Shown one piece after another: positions 60,860-64,000 of a stretch of DNA of 64,000 nt (position 1 is its first letter; every line of letters starts with the position of its first letter). A model generated the notes under the pieces. That model saw nothing but the letters and a program-made list of their open reading frames with translations, was not told the origin of the DNA and made no database searches. Source of the stretch: an uncultured Candidatus Binatia bacterium (GTDB lineage: Bacteria; Desulfobacterota; Binatia; Bin18); assembly GCA_965247985.1 (NCBI GenBank), contig OZ252051.1, positions 3,708,240 through 3,772,239 on the forward strand, in the 5' to 3' direction. A program made the translations under genes and the position numbers.

Positions 60860-62758
60860 ATGATTGACCTGCTCATCGTGCTGGCGTTCGTCGTCTATGC
60901 CGTTTCGGCAGGATTTCACGCGCGCCGGCAGGCCTCCAGAAGCTTGCAGGAGTATTTTCTCGCCGGAAAAACGCTCACTGGCTGGAAGGCCGGCATGAGC
61001 ATGGCCGCTACTCAATATGGCGCTGATACACCGCTCTTAGTCACCGGCCTGATTGCGACCGGCGGTATCTTTGTTGTGTGGCGCTTATGGATCTATGCCG
61101 TTGCCTTCTTACTCATGGGCTTTGTGTTCGCCGTTGGCTGGCGGCGGGCCGGTGTGCTTACCGATGCGGAACTGACTGAAACACGCTACAGCGGCCCCGG
61201 CGTCTTACTGCTTCGCGTGCTCAAAGCTGTGTATTTTGGCACCATCATTAACTGTGTGGTGATGGCCATGGTGTTAGTGGCCGCCCTGCGGATTGCTGAA
61301 GTTTTTTTACCGTGGCATGCCTGGTTGCCCGTCAGGTTCTACCAGGGGCTTATGGGCGCTGTTGAGGCGCTGGGCATCTCCCTTACCTCGGGCGCAACCG
61401 ATCTCGCGCCTGTGGTGGCGACTACCAATAATACGCTGAGCATTCTTGCTCTGGTCGGGTTTACCACACTGTATTCTATGACTGGCGGACTGCGTAGCGT
61501 GGTGGCGACTGACATTGTGCAATTAAGCATGGCCATGGGGGGAACCCTGCTCTATGCCTGTATCGTCTGGTATCACGTCGGCGGTTTCGGCGCGCTGACC
61601 GAGCAGCTCGTAGAGTTATACGGGGCAGAAGCCGCCAGCAGCATGTTATCGTTTGCCCCGCCCGGTGGCGAGATGTTGCTGCCCTTTCTCGCCATTATTG
61701 GCATGCAATGGTTCTTTCAAGTGAACAGCGATGGCAGCGGATACCTGGCCCAACGCGCGATGGCCTGTGCCACGGACCGCGATGCTCGGATCGCTAGCCT
61801 CGTATTCACCTGGGTACAGATCGTGGCACGCAGCCTGCTCTGGTTGGTGATTGGGGTGGGCCTCCTGGTGATCTATCCGTTCGCGCCGCTTACGCCAAAC
61901 CTCAGTAGCGACGCTGCGTTCACTACGAGTCGAGAAATTCTGTTTGTGACGGGCATCAATGACCTGCTTCCCGTTGGTATTCGTGGCGTCATGTTCGTCG
62001 GCCTCTTAGCTGCCTTGGCCTCGACAATTGATACCCATCTGAACTGGGGCGCAAGCTATTGGAGTAATGATATTTACCAACGCTTGATTTGCCACCACTG
62101 GCTGAGGCGTAAGCCTGATAACCATGAGTTGGTCGTTGTCGCCCGTCTCTCGAATGTCCTTATTTTGGTCATCGCCCTCACGCTGATGGCCCACCTCGGC
62201 TCCATTCAGCAAGCCTGGTTTGTCTCGTTGTTATTTGGTGCGGGCGTGGGTTCTGTACTGGTATTGCGCTGGCTCTGGGAACGCATCACTCTCTTTTCCG
62301 AATTAGCGGCAATGGCGGTCTCATTGGTCGTCGCGCCGCTCTTACTGATAACCACCGACGCCGAATGGCTTCACTTAGCGGTGATGGGGATAGTCTCAAC
62401 CGGGGTGGCGATTGGCATCACGTATGTGACACCAGGCACTGCGGATGACGTGTTAAATCGGTTTTACCAACAGGTGCGGCCAATGGGATTCTGGAGCAAC
62501 ACCGCGCGGCGCATGGGCGATCCTCCCCAGCTGCCGGTGAGACAGCTAGTGCAGGCCCTTAAAATCACCCTCCTGTTGGCGCTGTCGGTTTTTTTGACGC
62601 TGATTGGGCTCGGGAAACTGATGATGCGCTTACCCGGAGAGTCGAGTCTATGGGCCTGGGCAGCACTCGGGATTGCAGTAGGGCTTATTCCTCTCTGGTG
62701 GCGAGACGCGGTGAACCCACGTCTCACACATATCACGCGTCAAAATCGACCCCTCTGA
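60860..62758 (+). CDS. Sodium:solute symporter (SSS/SLC5) family transporter
   Basis: The 632-aa product has at least 13 predicted TM helices and ...EYFLAGK... near the N-terminus. Confidence 0.7.
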   Translation: MIDLLIVLAFVVYAVSAGFHARRQASRSLQEYFLAGKTLTGWKAGMSMAATQYGADTPLLVTGLIATGGIFVVWRLWIYAVAFLLMGFVFAVGWRRAGVLTDAELTETRYSGPGVLLLRVLKAVYFGTIINCVVMAMVLVAALRIAEVFLPWHAWLPVRFYQGLMGAVEALGISLTSGATDLAPVVATTNNTLSILALVGFTTLYSMTGGLRSVVATDIVQLSMAMGGTLLYACIVWYHVGGFGALTEQLVELYGAEAASSMLSFAPPGGEMLLPFLAIIGMQWFFQVNSDGSGYLAQRAMACATDRDARIASLVFTWVQIVARSLLWLVIGVGLLVIYPFAPLTPNLSSDAAFTTSREILFVTGINDLLPVGIRGVMFVGLLAALASTIDTHLNWGASYWSNDIYQRLICHHWLRRKPDNHELVVVARLSNVLILVIALTLMAHLGSIQQAWFVSLLFGAGVGSVLVLRWLWERITLFSELAAMAVSLVVAPLLLITTDAEWLHLAVMGIVSTGVAIGITYVTPGTADDVLNRFYQQVRPMGFWSNTARRMGDPPQLPVRQLVQALKITLLLALSVFLTLIGLGKLMMRLPGESSLWAWAALGIAVGLIPLWWRDAVNPRLTHITRQNRPL

Positions 62759-62885
62759 AGACGACCCCATCAGGTTTGGCAGACCTCAAGAGAACCAGGT
62801 GTGGTATCAAATAACATAGGACAGTCTGTCATGGATGCTGCCGTCGGTGTGATGGCTATTCCACACAAAAGGTGATCCTACAAAC

Positions 62886-64000
62886 CTAGGCGGTTGCCTT
62901 GGGCGTCACTCTGAGTGGCAGGTGGGTCAGACCAACGAGACGGTTGTTATTCGTCCATTCGAGATCGCCAACAATCTCGAAGTCCGCATACCGGGCCAGG
63001 AGTTCTTCGAACACCACCCGGATTTCCAGCCGCGCAAGATTGGCCCCCAAACAGAAGTGAGTGCCCAGACCAAAGCCAATATGAAAATTCGGATTCCTAC
63101 CGATATCGAAGCGGAACGGGTCTACGAACTCATCTTCATCCCGGTTGGCCGACATCTCCCATATGGTGACCTTTTGCCCTTGGCGGATGAGCTGTCCGCC
63201 CAACTCTACATCGCGCGTCGTCGTCCGGCGCTTGTAAACGGACGGTGAGGTCCAGCGCACCATCTCTTCGACCGCAGTCTTCATCAGTGCCGGATCAGTC
63301 CGCAGCCGTTTCAGTTCAGGCGGATTTTCAATCAGCGCCACCAGGCCGCCGGCAATCGAGCTGCGCGTGGTCTCGGCCCCCGCCGGAAAAAGTAAGGCAA
63401 AGAACGCCCGCAGTTCGCGGTTATCGAGCTGCGGCGAGCCGTCCTCTAACCGGGCGTGAACAATCACGGACAGGATGTCGTCCGCGGGTGCGCGGCGTTT
63501 CTGCTCCACGATCCTATCCGCATACGCGCCCAGACGTTTGATATGCTCCAGGGCCAAGACTTCGCCCGTCCCGGCACCAATGGCCAGGTCAACAATATGC
63601 CCGAGTTCTTCTCGATCTTCCTGCGGAATCCCGAGAATAATGCAGATGGCCTGAAGCGGCAGTTCACGCGCCACGCTCGGCACGAAATCAAATGGCTCAC
63701 CGGGGGAGATGCCATCAAGAATATGGCGGGTCCGTTCTCTGAGCTGACCTTCCAGACGGCCGATCATGCGCGGCAGGAAACCGGTATTGACCAATTCGCG
63801 TAGCCGGCGATGCTTGGGGTCATCCGTCTGGTTCAGTTGATAGCCGACGCCCTTGCCGTCAAAAATCTGTGTGCCGCCCAACTCAGAGGAAAACGTCTCC
63901 GCATCCTTAAAAACACGGACCACATCATCGTAGCGGCTGACTACCCAGAATCCCTCACCGCCCGGCGTATGCTCGGTCGGCGCATGCCACCAGACTGGGG
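62886..64000 (-). CDS. Cytochrome P450, N-terminus beyond window edge
   Basis: FGLGTHFCLGANLARLE is the heme-binding FGxGxHxCxG motif. The frame stays open upstream of the listed GTG to position 64000 (...WWHAPTEHTPGGEGFWVVSRYDDVVRVFKD). Confidence 0.85.
   Translation of the reverse strand, partial: PVWWHAPTEHTPGGEGFWVVSRYDDVVRVFKDAETFSSELGGTQIFDGKGVGYQLNQTDDPKHRRLRELVNTGFLPRMIGRLEGQLRERTRHILDGISPGEPFDFVPSVARELPLQAICIILGIPQEDREELGHIVDLAIGAGTGEVLALEHIKRLGAYADRIVEQKRRAPADDILSVIVHARLEDGSPQLDNRELRAFFALLFPAGAETTRSSIAGGLVALIENPPELKRLRTDPALMKTAVEEMVRWTSPSVYKRRTTTRDVELGGQLIRQGQKVTIWEMSANRDEDEFVDPFRFDIGRNPNFHIGFGLGTHFCLGANLARLEIRVVFEELLARYADFEIVGDLEWTNNNRLVGLTHLPLRVTPKATA

Overview
High-GC (~60%) accessory region dominated by oxygenases and other catabolic enzymes. 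I see no rRNA, tRNA or CRISPR. The window looks like a mosaic, heavily rearranged catabolic island.

Main gene content:
- Ten luciferase-like (LLM) flavin monooxygenases, including two NtaA/DszA-type paralogs, an adjacent paralog pair that may form a LuxAB-like heterodimer, and two F420-type members.
- Three Baeyer-Villiger monooxygenases (BVMOs). Two are 609-aa paralogs in inverted orientation about 11.6 kb apart.
- One complete Rieske alpha subunit plus a truncated Rieske fragment, a partial cytochrome P450 at the window end, and a PhyH-type dioxygenase.
- Downstream-processing enzymes: alpha/beta hydrolases and beta-lactamase-family serine hydrolases, four glutathione S-transferases, an SDR, a class III aminotransferase, two thiolase plus Zn-ribbon/OB-fold (DUF35) pairs, an enoyl-CoA hydratase and an acyl-CoA dehydrogenase.
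- Other: a nitroreductase that is probably a flavin reductase partner for the LLM enzymes, a PPOX-class F420 enzyme, two RidA genes, ilvD and an SSS transporter.

Evidence of rearrangement:
- IS6-family transposase fragments and about ten short terminal-IR remnants of consensus GGTATTGTCAAGT.
- A REP-flanked RAYT pseudogene.
- Two MITE-like ~115-bp elements bracketing a low-GC RidA gene.
- An exact 183-bp duplication of the thiolase 5' end bracketing a 2.7-kb ilvD-containing segment.
- Several truncated genes (FMO, methyltransferase, D-aminoacylase, Rieske).

Smaller modules:
- A HigB/HigA-like toxin-antitoxin pair next to an IS fragment.
- A Zn-ribbon/DUF5678-like gene paired with a retropepsin-like aspartic protease behind a perfect palindrome.
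- An orphan phage gpV/gp5-like OB-domain gene next to a secreted FG-GAP propeller protein.
- A CmcJ/NvfI-like oxidoreductase with an unusual N-terminal extension and distinct codon bias.
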